64,000 nucleotides of DNA from Octopus bimaculoides (lineage: Eukaryota): NCBI RefSeq assembly GCF_001194135.2, contig NC_068998.1, positions 32,233,192-32,297,191 on the forward strand. Reading direction: 5' to 3'. The translations under genes were made by a program, and so were the position numbers. Positions 63,651 to 64,000 of the stretch are shown here, piece by piece; position 1 is the first letter of the stretch; every line of letters begins with the position of its first letter. The notes below the pieces were generated by a model. It was given only the letters and a program-made list of their open reading frames with translations, did no database searches and had not been told where the DNA came from.

Positions 63651-64000
63651 TTAGCAACAGGTGGATCAGTGTGAATAATATGTAAATAAATGATAAATGA
63701 AAGAATTAAGGTCTTCTTCAGAGAATGAAGAAATTTCAAATCATTCTTTAAAATGAATGTAAACAAGGGTGGTGTGATTTGTATAGTTTTATGTAGTATA
63801 AGACTACAAACATATGTAGTATAGGATTACAGACTTTGTTGAAACAGTCTAGTAAGACTGAATCATGTCTGGAACTATCACTATACTACCAAAATCAAAA
63901 CTCGCTGCCTAATGTTTGCCCTCATTTTAACTGAAACGTTTTGGCTCACTGCATTCAAAATGTTAACTAAGTGGATGATAGTTTAATTCTATTGAGCCAA

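Overview
AT-rich, microsatellite-dense eukaryotic DNA from a gapped draft assembly (seven N-runs). The repeat content points to a cephalopod, probably Octopus; this is inferred from the SINE/LINE families, not from a database search. I can support no host protein-coding gene, rRNA, tRNA gene or CRISPR array, and nearly every long ORF is a microsatellite read-through, an N-run or a transposon relic. The window holds a head-to-tail array of R4/Dong-like restriction-like-endonuclease (RLE) retrotransposons in (TAA)n tracts (1-5.7 kb) and a second RLE family bounded by (CATA)n. It also holds many RTE-clade LINE 3' ends, tRNA-derived SINEs, Penelope-like elements (PLEs) of about three kinds, a DD36E Tc1 element, Tigger, Chapaev3-like and hAT relics, and MITEs. 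The strongest signal is seven hammerhead-ribozyme-like motifs, one with an intact catalytic core. They sit mostly in short non-coding, often fold-back elements next to (TA)n tracts, suggesting a PLE pseudo-LTR or retrozyme-like family. There is also a 230-bp near-perfect palindrome, a twin-priming-type 5' inversion and a locally templated inverted insertion. Boundaries of decayed elements are approximate, and all alignments and folds were done by eye.
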